Part shown: positions 53,001 through 62,813 of the stretch, one piece after another | Layout: the number at the start of each line of letters is the position of its first letter | How positions within the stretch are numbered: position 1 is the stretch's first letter | NCBI GenBank assembly: GCA_046563655.1 | Contig: CM102290.1 | Location: forward strand, 7,316,001 to 7,380,000 | DNA from: Yuukianura sp. NJ FZ-2021 | Taxonomy: Eukaryota | Direction of reading: 5' to 3' | Length of the DNA: 64,000 bases | Translations under genes and position numbers: made by a program | The notes under the pieces: generated by a model | What the model saw: the letters and a program-made list of their open reading frames with translations, nothing else | Told to the model about the DNA's origin: nothing | The model's database searches: none

Positions 53001-56000
53001 GCTTCTCAAAGCATTTCTTAACACGGGCGACGTCGTTTGTCCTGAGGGCTCTTTCCAGAATGGCCACATCGTAACTGAGATCACTCAGAGAAGACGCAAT
53101 GCTGCTGCAACAACAAAAGAATTTCATCATTAGTTTCTGACGCATAAGATTTGTAAAGTTATAGTTATGTTTTTAAAAAGTTTGTTCAAATTTTAATGTT
53201 CTGTGAATTTTGTGAGATTTTTTAGCTTGTATTTTCTTATTTGTGACTAGTTGAAATTTATGCGATCCCCCAACTATGAAAAGTAACTCCAAATATTTTT
53301 TTTTCCATTTCCACCAGTGTGACATTGCCTCACTTTCCATGCTCCGTTGCCTCTGAATTGTGTGTATGGTGCACGTCGTGTGTGAAAGAGTGAAAGTTGA
53401 CTTTCACTTTACCAACAAAAGCCTTGCTCATTGTGTCTGATTCACCCCCAGCCCATTTCCCTTCTCTCGCTGTCGAACTACGGAGAAAAGAGCTTCTGTA
53501 AAATGGTGAGAATTATGTAAAATGTTGTTGACAAGTGTGACAGTTCCAGGAGCTTCTGAGAATAATAATGATAATGGCTGACATCATTGTTTGCTTATCT
53601 GCCCCAACGCCTACCACTCACTTGCTAACACCTCTTCTTCTTCAAATCAAAATGGACCTATTTGGGTGGAATATTCAAAAAAGACGCCCAAATATTGAAG
53701 TGGCACGTTGCTACTAGTACCAAGGAATGAGCAGCTTATTTAGAAGTCTCCTCAGTCAGCACTCCGACATCCAGAAAATCCTGAAGAAAATTGTATTTTA
53801 TTAGAGCGGCATGGTCTCAGGAATGGAAAATGGGGCTTAGAAATAAGGCCTAAGGTTGAATGACTTCAAGGGACAAAAAGGAGTCTCTGGAGCGGATGCC
53901 TTGAGATGGAGTACTTAAGGACCCTCCTTTCCCGTTTCAAGTCTCCTGGATTTCAAGACATCGCCGTCTCGTTACATTTCAGATTCTATCTCACACTTAC
54001 AATGACGTGCCTGGTAGTTAGGCGTTGGATCTTCCTGTGTACACCGACTGTCTACCAGTTCAAAAGAATGAGGAGCAAAGGACCAGACAAAATGTGAAAG
54101 TCAGAGTGGAAAGTGTTTTGGACTGCAAAGAGTAAGTGTCTTTGTTCTACTTTTTTTTCAAAGGAGGATTGTAGAATTTTAAAACTATTTCTAAAATTTT
54201 ATCATCTTTTATCCTTTTACAACGCACTGACCCATTCAGGGAAAAAAATTCCGAAATCCTGAAAGGACTTCCTCAAACCCCATCATAAATCTCATTCAAA
54301 ATCTTTCTCAAGTAAAAAAAAACGAAGTTTATCAAACAAATAAAATCAGCTTTCTCGACAATAGTTTTCCTCAAAAATTTTCTGCAACAGACACGGCCTT
54401 AAAAGCAAGAAAAACAAACAAACGACTAATTTAACCTTACGGAACTCTCTAAGCTATCAAAGCTATCAACCGATTTTGAAATAAATATGAGCAACGTTTT
54501 TGACAAAAAAAAACTCTGCTAATATTTGTGTGAAAATTAAGTCGAAATGCCCTACTTATTACGAATGACAAAAAAGATAAAAATTATCTGGAACAGATTT
54601 GATTTTGTTTTTAAGGCTCTTTGAAACGACTCCATTTGAGCTTTATAAAGTGAGGAAACGAAATGGTCGCTTGGTATCCGGGAATGTAGAAAGTAAACGA
54701 GGTTGTAATGACAATTCTCGCCACCATTCTTCATTTGAATTGCTCTAAACCGCACAGCATGGACCCCCATTTGAGAAAGACCTATTTCCCGCCCCTGACG
54801 ACGCACCAAAGAAAAGAGAAAGAGAAGGCGGATTAAATTTCTCTCGTTTCATATTTTGCTTCTCCTAAAAAAAAGACATTTTGGAAGAGAAAATCCGAGC
54901 CGGGTAGACCAGACCAACGTTCGGCCTATGAAAAAGTTAAATGCATAGCCCATTTCTCTAACCAACATCTCATCTAAATTCCACTATTCTCGGACTTATT
55001 TTTGCAAAGAACTTTCACCATTGTGTTTCTCTCATCTGGAAGTTCAGTAGTTGTCTCTCAATTCCATCTAAAAGACCTCTCAAATGCTAATTGGAAAGAA
55101 TGGGCTACACAAGTGGAAAATTGAGAAAAGAAACGAATTGAAATTGAGCGTTTTCCAAGAAACTACGGAAACTCCTGCTGGAGACCAATTTTCGACTTAC
55201 TATAGTAATTTGGGTAGTTATGGACGTTCTTCATGGTTCCCGGGCTTTCTCTTGGGGGAAAGTCATTGAAACGTATGGTTCCTTTGCGTGTGACTATCCA
55301 ACTCTTCCTGGTTAGCCACGTCGTAATTCTGAATCCACTCACTACTCAGACAAATCAGCCGCAAATCTATTCGAATCATTCCTAACTCCTGATTTCCTTC
55401 ATCTCATTAATAAAATCAACAACCTCACACAATTTTATGATTATCTGGCAAGATATAAACAGCTCCATACTTTGCACGTTTTTGGTTTCCGGAATTCCTT
55501 AATGACTACGGTTCCGAATAATGCAATATTTTTTTTAAGTTCTACAGTTTTCCAATAATTTCTTAAAAGGTTCACTGTTACGCCAAAAATACTCAAAAAT
55601 TAACAGACCGTTAATTCACCAAATTATTAAGAAACTGGCTAGTTTTTTTTTCCAGTTAATGAGAGTTGAAAAATAGAGCACAAACTAAAGCGGTGTTTTT
55701 AGATACATTCCAGAAATTTTTGAATGGTAGTTTTACAATGGTAAATTGAGTTTAAAGAGAAATCATAGCCAGAGTCCTGACTCCTGCTTTCAATTTCCCA
55801 TTATACTTAAAAATGTAAAAAGGCTAAGCAGGCCATAATGGCTTTTTCAATTTGTAAATTGGTTTTTTTCCTTTGTCAGCAAAAGAGAAATTTTTTAAGG
55901 AAACCTTTTCGAATTACTTTTTAAGAGAAAGTCAGACTTCAGTTCGCCACAAAAGCATGAAAAACCTGAAATTCTTTTTCCTTAAAAATATCGCTCTGGA

Positions 56001-59000
56001 TAACTTTCTCTCAAATGCTGAAAATCTAGGAAGCAGAGTTTGAACAACGTGACTCAGCATAAGTTGCGCGCGGATCGTATACTTCTCAACTGAGATGTTA
56101 AGCTAGGCTTACCTGTTATGACGACTGGACTGGAGTGAGAGGTGCGAGATGCTGCCAGTGAGTACTCGTGGTGAAAGTAATTCCGGTTCGTGATGACTCT
56201 GTTGCTGCGATGGGAGGCAGGATGGTGACAGAGGTGGCGGAATCGGAATAGAGGATGAAGAGAGCGGCGGTGTGAAAGGCAGAGGCGGTGTGGCCAATGG
56301 CCCTTGACCAGGCGGCCCAACATTGCTGCCTGGTGGTCCTTAGTATTACAGAAACAAGGAATAGTACTTTACTACTTATGAAACACGACGCGACTTCAAA
56401 TCCACATTTAGATTCCAAGTCGCAACAGAGTCGAAACGGAATCCTTACCTGGACAACCGTCTCCGTTCCCACGACCATCTTCTCTCGAACTCTAAAATTT
56501 AAAAGATGAACTCAAGTTAAATTTGATTTTTGTAATGTCAGCACTTATTAGTACGTTTTACAAAACTACCCCAAACGTCTAATGCACAAGATGTTAGAAA
56601 TTGTCTGCAACGAAAATAATATAAAAGCTTTTGCGCAATTGTTGTAGTAAAAGGTGTTGAAAAATGGTTTTAAATTTAAGTTAGGATAAGAAATAAAAGA
56701 GGCAAAAGTATATTCAAAAATTCTCCTCCTAAAAAGTTTTTGCGGTAATTTGACACTTTCGACAAAAAACAATTCTTGTGGCTCTCTGGCGTAAAATAAG
56801 TTTCAGGTGAATTGAAATCATTTGAAGCTCTAAAGAAAAACTTTCTTTTTTTTATAGTGTGAAAATAAGTTTTGAGGACTTTTGAAGAAAAAAATTTTTT
56901 TTCCAACTTTTGCTGTTTCATTTTTTTAAAAGTTTTTAAAAAAATTTTTAGTGTTATTAAGCAAAACTGAGAGATCGTAGTTTCTTGTCTTGTCTTGCTG
57001 ACTGACGGGTATCTCTGTCAGAAATTACTCGACAATGACTGTCTGTGAATGGAATTTCCATTTGAGAAATTATAAAGCTGAAATGTTAAGTTGTGCTCTG
57101 AAATGGAGAGTGATAAACGGAACTTTCTTTTATTTCTGTCACTCCCTCTCTCGCTCTAACATGGATTTGAACTTTTCTTCGACGTCCTGTCGTTCCTGAA
57201 ATTGACATTGACTTACAAAACAAGCGTGGGGAAATGGTGGCTCTCTTTTCAATCTTCACTTTGAGAGCCTCTTCTGACTTTTGACAAAATGGCAGAGGAC
57301 TCTGCTCACTCGGCACAAACGTATAGTAGGGAGAGTCACTCTCCGAAACTTAATTCAAAGTCATTTTCCCCCTTCAATTCCAAAATCCAACAAAACGTTA
57401 CCCCAAATTACTAGGCAAGATTAACCTTTAAGGTTCTGTGGATTCACTCTGTGAAACTTTGGAAGAAGCCCTATTCATCATTCCCAAAGACCCTCTCTCT
57501 GCCTCAAGTCAACAAAAGTAACTAATCAGAACCAGAATTGGAAGTTTCTGACAAATTGAAAGTGAAATCAAAAGAGACTGTAGATAGGGGAAGATAGGCA
57601 CGGAACCTAGAATCCGAAAGAATTTAGATCCAAACTCACCAGGTAATTAAAAAACATTTTCTACTTCAACCTCAGCTGTCTCGTCCATGGAGATCAGTCC
57701 AGGATCCATTTCAACTTTTCCAAATTCCAACATCACGTAGGAAACCTTCGATGAAATGCTTTTAGGGAAAACCGAACTTTATGAATGATGAGGGTAATCG
57801 CGGCGTTCGGATAACTTTCGGATTCGAGAAATAACCACACACCTCCGCCAGATAAAGTTCTACAGTACAAAAACACTTTCTCTTTGAAAAGTAGCTACAA
57901 AGGAAGTTCCACGTGATCCCATGAGGATTATGAAACTTTTCACAATAAAATCAGGTTTGGATTTTTTTTTTCGTTGTGAACCTGCCCCCAACTCATCTAC
58001 ATTTCTAAACTCTAAAGTCCCACGATTGTGCTGCGGTTTGGAAACTTTAGTTTCTCAAGTGATCGTTCGACCTTTGTCGTGGGAACAACAAAGACTTCAA
58101 GTGATGCCTCGAGGTACGACTCAAACTTTTGGGAAGTTGAATTTTCCAGGTTCTGAGTGAAAATCCGGAGGGAGTTAATCCCAACTTTCACTGCACAACA
58201 AGTTGACATGATCAGGCTTAGACGAGAGAGCCGCAGTGTGACCTGCTAAACCTAGGTTAGGTTAGGCTAAACCTAGGACCTCAACCTTTGACAGAAAAGG
58301 CACATGAACTGAATCGATGATGAGGCTTTGTTGAACTGATTCCTCGACAAAGAAAACACTTTTGTTTTGTACACGCACTTATTCCTGGTGAAAGTTGTGG
58401 AGGGATAGGGAGCTTGCACTTGAAAGTCTACGTGCACAACGGAGTGGAAGTCTCTGCGAAGAAGATCAGAATGGGACTGGGCTGAAACGGGACTCCTAAG
58501 TTTGGTTCCTCATCTCCGCCTGGGCCTGACCCGAGAAAGAACTTTTCCTTTGGGTGGTTGTTGGTGGTGGTGGGTTGGTTAGGTTTGGTGTGTCGGTGGT
58601 GGTGGAGGTGGGAGCAGCAGAGCCTACCTTTGGCGGGATTATGCCTCGGCAAAAAGTATAGACAAAAGGGAAGTGCAAGGATCTTTTGTGGAAATCCAAA
58701 CTGAATTTTTCCGTGGAGGAAGATGGAGGGAGCAGATACTCAACCAAATGCCGGCGGAGAAACTGGCAACTCCGTGTCCCTGTGCCTCAGCAGACAAGCA
58801 GTCGACTGGTGCTTCCTGGGTGCCACTTTGGAAGGTTAGGAGAACCTAACCTAGAAAGCGGAGAAAGTTAGACACTACCATCCGCATCCCTGTTCCCTAC
58901 TGTCACTTTCTCCCTTCAACTGGACTCTGAACGCTCCCCGGAACAAAGCCACAACCTCCTTCGTCCCAACCTCAATAATTCATTCCACGGACCTCCATCA

Positions 59001-62000
59001 AAAAACCATGACTCCTCGAGGGGCAGTAGGGAAAGTGGGGAAAGCGTTGGCCATGTCCTAAATCCACAAAACACTACGACAGTCAGCATAACATCGATTC
59101 ACTCCTACCTAATCTTTTATGAAACATACTCTTTTTAAAATCCAATAACATCACACCTAACCACGCCACCTAGATTCAAATCTTACATTCCAACATTTTA
59201 AAAATGTTTCAGCATAATTAAACTTATGAAGAAGAAAATAACAAATAAGATAAAGCAAACCCGCAAAAAATGAAACTTTTTTTTTTTGCACAATTTTGAA
59301 TATTTACGAAATTATAGGCGAGCTGCTACAACTGCTGTTTAACTACATCACCAAAATAATTTTATTATACAACATCCCGCCCTGCATGCAACGAATTTTA
59401 AGTTGTTAGTTTCACCTAAAAGTGGATACATTTAACCTATTTTTTTCTAGTCCGGTGTATAATTCGTGTCACTAACCACCCACCTAGTGAACTATTCGAC
59501 TAACTTTATTAATCAAATAACACAACGGAACCTGACAACCGAAAACTGCAGAGATATCCCAAACTATTTAGCTGGAAACACAAACCAAAGCATTATTAAC
59601 TCCGGCTGTTTTGTTCCTGTTAATAGGTATTTGACTTTACAACCTAAATAAACAATTGCGATGTTATTAAATGTGTTAAAAAATTTACATTTAAACAAAC
59701 CCGACCTCTCGTGAGCTTTGACCTTGAAGAAATCCCAGGTTGAATTATATTTCATGGAAAACAAACGAAAAGTGTGTCATTCGACACGACTAGACTTGGA
59801 AATTCATCTAACGCTAAGTTGGGTAAATTCCAAAATGTCATCGAAGGCAAACAGTTTGTTTCTTTGAAACTTCTTTCGGAAACATGTTTGAATCAACTTA
59901 AAAGATCCATAAAACCTAGTCAACATGACAGGATTTGGCAGAAGGCTTTTACAGAAAAACGGAAAAAAAAAAGTTCCAACCAGTCAACACCAATCTTTCT
60001 CTGAAAAACGTCTGCTTCCATAGACTTTTTGACTGCTGTATACTGTATTTTGAGCAATAAAATTGGTTTTTATTACCAAAGTAAAGACTTTTTCCCTCAT
60101 TTTTTTAACTTTTTGAACATAACTGGACGAAACAATTCTGTTTGATTTAAAAAAAGCTTTCTCAAAACAGAAGAAAGTAATGGACCAAAACGGATGTGAT
60201 TATTAGAGTTGAATAATGAATAAATTTTCACAGTTGTTAAGAAAAAAACCTTCTTGGCGTTTTTGTTTCGAACTTTTTCTGCTTTTACTTAAGTTGAGTG
60301 ACTGAAACGAAGAAAGTTTTGCTTTTCCTAAAATTGAATATACCATTCTATCAAAAGAGAAAAAATATTGAAGGAAAAAATCAAGACGATCCTTGTATAC
60401 AAAAGACGTTCGATTTTTCCTTACTATTTTCTCTATTCAAAATCTCAATTTCAGTATTCTGTTACTCCTTGTAATAGATGGAAGGAGTAGAGCAGAAGGA
60501 AAAGGTGATTCATGTAAAATGCATTGCTTTTACTCTCTAACCTTAACCTGACACGTCGAACTATCAAAAAGCAAAAATGGAATTTACTCTCGAGTAAATA
60601 AACTTTCACAGAAAAATTGTTTTCTTTTTCCATGCGATCGAAACTTCAATTTTTTTTGACTTCATTCAGCTAGAACGTTCCAATGGAATTTGTTGTCAAA
60701 ACGAAAAATACAAAAAAATTCATAGTGTTTTTGTTAACCTTTGGTTTTTAGTTAGTTTTGAACAAAAACTTGCACTTTACCAAAGTTATTTTACTAATGT
60801 TAAAGTGTGCGAGTTTTCATAATCCATTTTTTTTTTGGAAAAAATGTTTTCCAAATTTTATCCTAGACCACTTATTATTAACGTATTTATCTCCATACTT
60901 TTGAAGTTTTCCGTGCTTTTAAAATAATTTTGAAGTTGTCAAAACGAAATGCTCCTTCAACTTCAGAAAAGCTTCCGAGTCCATACTTCTGTTTTTGAGC
61001 TTTTAAGCCAATCTGCCAAATTGTTCCAAAGTGTTTACAAAGGACATCAAAGGTAGAGAGCAAAAGTAGAGCCAGAATGACGAGAAGAAGAGAAAATTTT
61101 AGATTCAAAGAGAGACAGGAACCAAAACTTTTTCTAAATCAACATTTTCTCAATTTATTGAGACAAATCCTTTCTCCAGTTTCGAATTTTACTCCCCGTT
61201 TCAAATTCTCTTCTTCAGAATCGAATATCTCAGACAGCTTTCCTACACTACTTTTTCCTTGGAGAGTCAAGTGGAAAAAAGAAAGAAGTAGTTGGGTTTA
61301 GAATGTCTAGAAAAGACGAAATAAAGGAACAACAAAAAAAAAGCAAGATCAGGAAAGCTAGATTAGTCTAACCTAACCTACCATAAATGATTCTTGGGAA
61401 ACAAGAACTAATCACCCAAAATGAGCCTGAATGATTCAAGTCCAAAGGATCCTGGGTGGATAAAACCCTTCAACCAAAACAGAGTTGGAAACGCGGTATC
61501 TCAAGCAGCACAATTTCCTTTTTTTTTTGCTCCGGACTAATCAGATCCGAATGTAAAGAAAAGGCGCACAAGAGATTTCGAATGAAGACTAATGTCAGTT
61601 GCGGAGAAAATCCATTCATCAAAGGTGCATTGCCTTCTAGCTGCTTTTATATGGCGAAGGAAAAGTTGCTTAGAGATTCTCATGCATGATCCAAAAGATG
61701 CCACGAAAATCATCTCATACTTTCACTTTTTTGTAGATAAAAGAAAAAAAAAGGAATATTAAAATTTGAAAATAAAATTTGAAAAGAATTTGAAAATACA
61801 AAAGTCTCTGGAAACTAAATCTGACTATTTTCTGGAGATGTACCCTTAATAATAATTACTTACAAAAAATGGCAACAGTTGTGCCTAATTAGTTTTGTCT
61901 ATTATGTTTGTGAAGTCACTTTGCGCACACCAGTGACCAAATTCAGCTTGTTTTGTTAAAATTCGTTCACGTTCTTTCCAACGTTGTTTTCCATGTCATG

Positions 62001-62166
62001 TTTTCTTGATTTAAAGTTGAACTTTGCTAGTGCTTACCTTTGCGTTCCGAGTGAGGACGACGTGTCCTAAATCATTTTGAACTCCGAAGGGGTAGACCAC
62101 TTCACTCGTACTCCGCACATTCGGGTCTTTCAAATTTGTTGCGCGGGGTGGAACTCCTGGCTTCAT
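760..62166 (-). CDS. PLCE1: Giant phospholipase C epsilon-like protein (ANK - ARM-like - REM - FERM - CDC25 RasGEF - PH - EF - PI-PLC X/Y - C2 - RA - RA), multi-exon, ~4,100 aa
   Basis: Manually spliced model, all junctions phase-compatible, listed 5'->3': 62038-62166, 56449-56491, 56113-56338, 52984-53104, 51806-51909, 50371-51005, 49830-50282 (or -50219), 47399-47745, 46645-46879, 46206-46414, 44397-44475, 44094-44267, 43958-43995, 43710-43891, 43059-43237, 37461-37566, 37196-37343, 35521-35773, 35266-35453, 35062-35194, 34688-34989, 33555-33989, 32726-33349, 31923-32060, 30610-30672, 28285-28515, 27573-27851, 13857-14006, 11930-12028, 11165-11273, 10885-11055, 10429-10559, 10064-10183, 9757-9902, 8340-8643, 7173-7354, 5918-6511, 5716-5840, 5504-5643, 5300-5428, 4958-5229, 4763-4884, 4445-4665, 4156-4383, 3515-4067, 2178-3428, 1555-2078, 1223-1464, 760-1159. 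CDC25 + PLC X/Y + C2 + two RA domains is diagnostic of PLC-epsilon. The 5'-most exons are the least certain. Confidence 0.8.
2178..3428 (-). CDS. PLCE1: PLC-epsilon exon: X-Y linker, catalytic Y box and C2 domain
   Basis: [43 protein letters not shown] (PLC Y box), then IVSGQFL...NALNPIWNE...[10 protein letters not shown] (PLC C2). GT-AG boundaries at 3428 and 2178. Confidence 0.97.
3515..4383 (-). CDS. PLCE1: PLC-epsilon exons: catalytic X box
   Basis: Exons 4156-4383 and 3515-4067: [64 protein letters not shown]...[12 protein letters not shown]...[17 protein letters not shown]. Both catalytic His and the Ca-binding N/E/D/E residues are present. Confidence 0.97.
4445..6511 (-). CDS. PLCE1: PLC-epsilon exons: PH domain and EF-hand region
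   Basis: Exons 5918-6511, 5716-5840, 5504-5643, 5300-5428, 4958-5229, 4763-4884, 4445-4665. LQVLHHGST...[14 protein letters not shown]...EEGYIDL...WLTGLRAVV is PLC-epsilon-type [27 protein letters not shown] and [11 protein letters not shown] are EF-hand-like. Includes two GC-AG introns. Confidence 0.88.
7173..10559 (-). CDS. PLCE1: PLC-epsilon exons: CDC25-homology RasGEF domain
   Basis: Exons 10429-10559, 10064-10183, 9757-9902, 8340-8643, 7173-7354: [26 protein letters not shown]...[17 protein letters not shown]...[12 protein letters not shown]...[14 protein letters not shown]...[13 protein letters not shown]...GLLNMNKLR. Confidence 0.9.
10885..14006 (-). CDS. PLCE1: Exons encoding the end of the FERM F2 lobe and the FERM F3 (PH/PTB-like) lobe
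   Basis: Exons 13857-14006, 11930-12028, 11165-11273, 10885-11055: [24 protein letters not shown]...|[16 protein letters not shown]...DLIQ|WRAGG...DRLILEF. This matches the FERM 'Y...C..LP.YG' and 'LLGI...I.LLD' signatures. Confidence 0.82.
15418..16350 (-). pseudogene. Intronic 311-codon frame interrupted only by TGA codons (pseudogene or TGA-recoded insert)
   Basis: ORF-track pieces 16147-16350, 15814-16143 and 15418-15615 are all in one frame. Internal stops at 16147, 15814, 15802, 15790 and 15622 are all TGA, with no TAA/TAG until 15418. Confidence 0.4.
17553..17627. mobile_element. 75-bp MITE with CA...TG ends and an 8-bp TSD (P-element/hAT-type)
   Basis: Perfect 22-bp TIR CAAGGTAACTAAACATAAATAC / GTATTTATGTTTAGTTACCTTG, flanked by the direct repeat ATAAAACT (17545-17552, 17628-17635). 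Confidence 0.88.
24226..24960 (-). pseudogene. Decayed coding-like segment, possibly LRR-type
   Basis: The minus frame reads ...[15 protein letters not shown]...[24 protein letters not shown]...[18 protein letters not shown], then shifts frame into MEVLTLDHD...[13 protein letters not shown]. The 157-aa plus ORF is its shadow frame. Confidence 0.3.
26344..26707. mobile_element. Foldback/MITE with long imperfect TIRs built from AATTGTGTCAAC subrepeats
   Basis: The ~80-bp left arm (ggttccaagccattgcatcaaatgaattgtgtcaacaacaattgtgtcaactgaaatg...) aligns to the reverse complement of the right arm. Flanks gaagaata/gaagaatc look like an 8-bp TSD with one mismatch. Confidence 0.75.
27573..30672 (-). 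CDS. PLCE1: Exons encoding the FERM central (F2) lobe with a low-complexity insertion
   Basis: Exons 30610-30672, 28285-28515, 27573-27851: [35 protein letters not shown] ... IEDLVPPYY...LIK. All junctions are phase 0 and join 14006 across the 13.6-kb intron. Confidence 0.8.
28884..29117. mobile_element. Tc1/mariner-type MITE
   Basis: Perfect 29-bp TIR CAGGGTGTGGCAGCCAAAAGTAGACACCT, TA target duplication at 28882-28883 and 29118-29119, and an internal perfect hairpin at 28961-28991. Confidence 0.92.
30021..30291. mobile_element. Degenerate foldback/MITE with AAAAGGAGCCGATGCC-type subrepeats
   Basis: Left taacagtcaaatcaaaaggagccgatgcca is inverted against right tggtgtcggctctttttgatttggctgtta. 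The right end reads GGGTTCC on the minus strand, like the element at 26344. The left terminus is eroded. Confidence 0.6.
31923..34989 (-). CDS. PLCE1: Exons encoding a split REM (RasGEF-N)-like domain with a Ser/Pro-rich insertion
   Basis: Exons 34688-34989 ([28 protein letters not shown]), 33555-33989, 32726-33349 (S/P-rich, ending HRAVLMFVE) and 31923-32060 (DWITTC...IRELKDFV). The two halves match the REM consensus 'D..F..TF...Y.....P..LL.LL..R' and 'RVL..L..WI'. Confidence 0.75.
35062..44475 (-). CDS. PLCE1: Exons encoding an ARM/HEAT-like alpha-helical region
   Basis: Exons 44397-44475, 44094-44267, 43958-43995, 43710-43891, 43059-43237, 37461-37566, 37196-37343, 35521-35773, 35266-35453, 35062-35194. 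Leu-rich amphipathic helices, e.g. [50 protein letters not shown], which is ARM-like. Confidence 0.72.
41338..41512. repeat. Possible Helitron/Helentron-associated (DINE-1-like) short repeat remnant
   Basis: Inverted ccggaagt...acttccgg, then aaattcggtccaccgattccagagttg and a cagatcgacacac stretch, a layout resembling arthropod DINE-1/HINE-type elements. Recognised by eye only. Confidence 0.35.
45686..45751 (-). CDS. Candidate 66-nt symmetric cassette exon
   Basis: ttctgatccatgtccag|CTT...AGC|gttagc encodes [22 protein letters not shown], phase 0-0 inside a phase-0 intron. Confidence 0.35.
46206..53104 (-). CDS. PLCE1: Exons encoding ankyrin repeats interrupted by long insertions
   Basis: Exons 52984-53104, 51806-51909, 50371-51005 ([27 protein letters not shown]), 49830-50282/50219, 47399-47745 ([26 protein letters not shown]), 46645-46879 ([12 protein letters not shown]...[21 protein letters not shown]), 46206-46414. 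Confidence 0.8.
56113..56491 (-). CDS. PLCE1: N-terminal Pro-rich coding exons
   Basis: Exons 56449-56491 ([15 protein letters not shown]) and 56113-56338 ([24 protein letters not shown]...SSRHN). Donors are gtaag; the phase-2 exit matches the acceptor at 53104. Confidence 0.65.
57640..57709 (-). CDS. Candidate alternative first coding exon (isoform B)
   Basis: Donor CTG|gtgagt at 57639. The ATG at 57657 gives MFFNYL in phase 0 to exon 56491. An overlapping upstream ORF at 57647-57709 encodes [20 protein letters not shown]. Confidence 0.4.
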
Positions 62167-62167
62167 T
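62038..62167 (-). CDS. PLCE1: Candidate first coding exon (isoform A)
   Basis: ttctag|A ATG AAG CCA...AAC GCA AAG|gtaagc encodes [43 protein letters not shown]. The phase-0 exit matches the acceptor at 56491. An upstream exon at 62770-62813 is also in frame. Confidence 0.55.
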
Positions 62168-62769
62168 CTAGAAATTAAAAATTATTATCAAAAGAATGAA
62201 TTAGGAATATTTTGCAAAAGAAAACTAAAAAAATGGGTAATTTTTAGGGCTAGAATGGTTTTGAAACTTTTAGAGTTCAATAGGCTTTTAAATAAGTTAG
62301 AACCGTTTCTAAAATATGAGTAGGTTTCATTTATACTTTGTCTACAGTACTTAAGCGCGAGATTATTAATTTGAATGGTTAGATGAAACAGTAATCCTTT
62401 GGGTTACAGAGTACTATAAAGAGAAACGAGGTCATTCAAGGCCACCGAAAGTATTAAACTAAAACTTGAGGCTGTGTTAACAGTTTTTTAGGCTTTTAGA
62501 TTGTATTGGAGAAAACTCCAAGGGGTTTTTCCACCTCGCTGAACCTAATACGATTTGCGGATAGGTTCTGTACAACAGCAGCACAACTTTTCACCGACCA
62601 CTTTCTCCGTAAAATGCTTTTTTTTTAAATAGAACTTGAAAATAAAAACCCGCGGAAGTCTAACGGTTTTTCAAAAATAAAATTTAACGTACAAATCGCA
62701 ATGACTCAATAGAGCAAAAATATTTAAAATTCTAATAAATTGTTTCCGTTTAACTAATTGTGAACTTAC

Positions 62770-62813
62770 TCTTCCACGCAACCACTAGACAGGCAGTTTC
62801 TAGGTACTTTCCT
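62770..62813 (-). other. Upstream small exon (5'UTR or coding RKVPRNCLSSGCVE)
   Basis: Strong acceptor ttttttttcttag and donor gtaagt. A further donor at 63939 suggests the transcript continues toward or past the window end. Confidence 0.5.

Noticed and set aside
53717..53781. Strong acceptor (ttttcttcag) followed by [14 protein letters not shown]
   Set aside because: All three frames stop quickly and the host frame gives a premature stop. It cannot be supported as a coding exon.
58428..58747. Pro/Thr/His-rich ORFs
   Set aside because: They arise from a GGT-rich low-complexity tract with no splice support.
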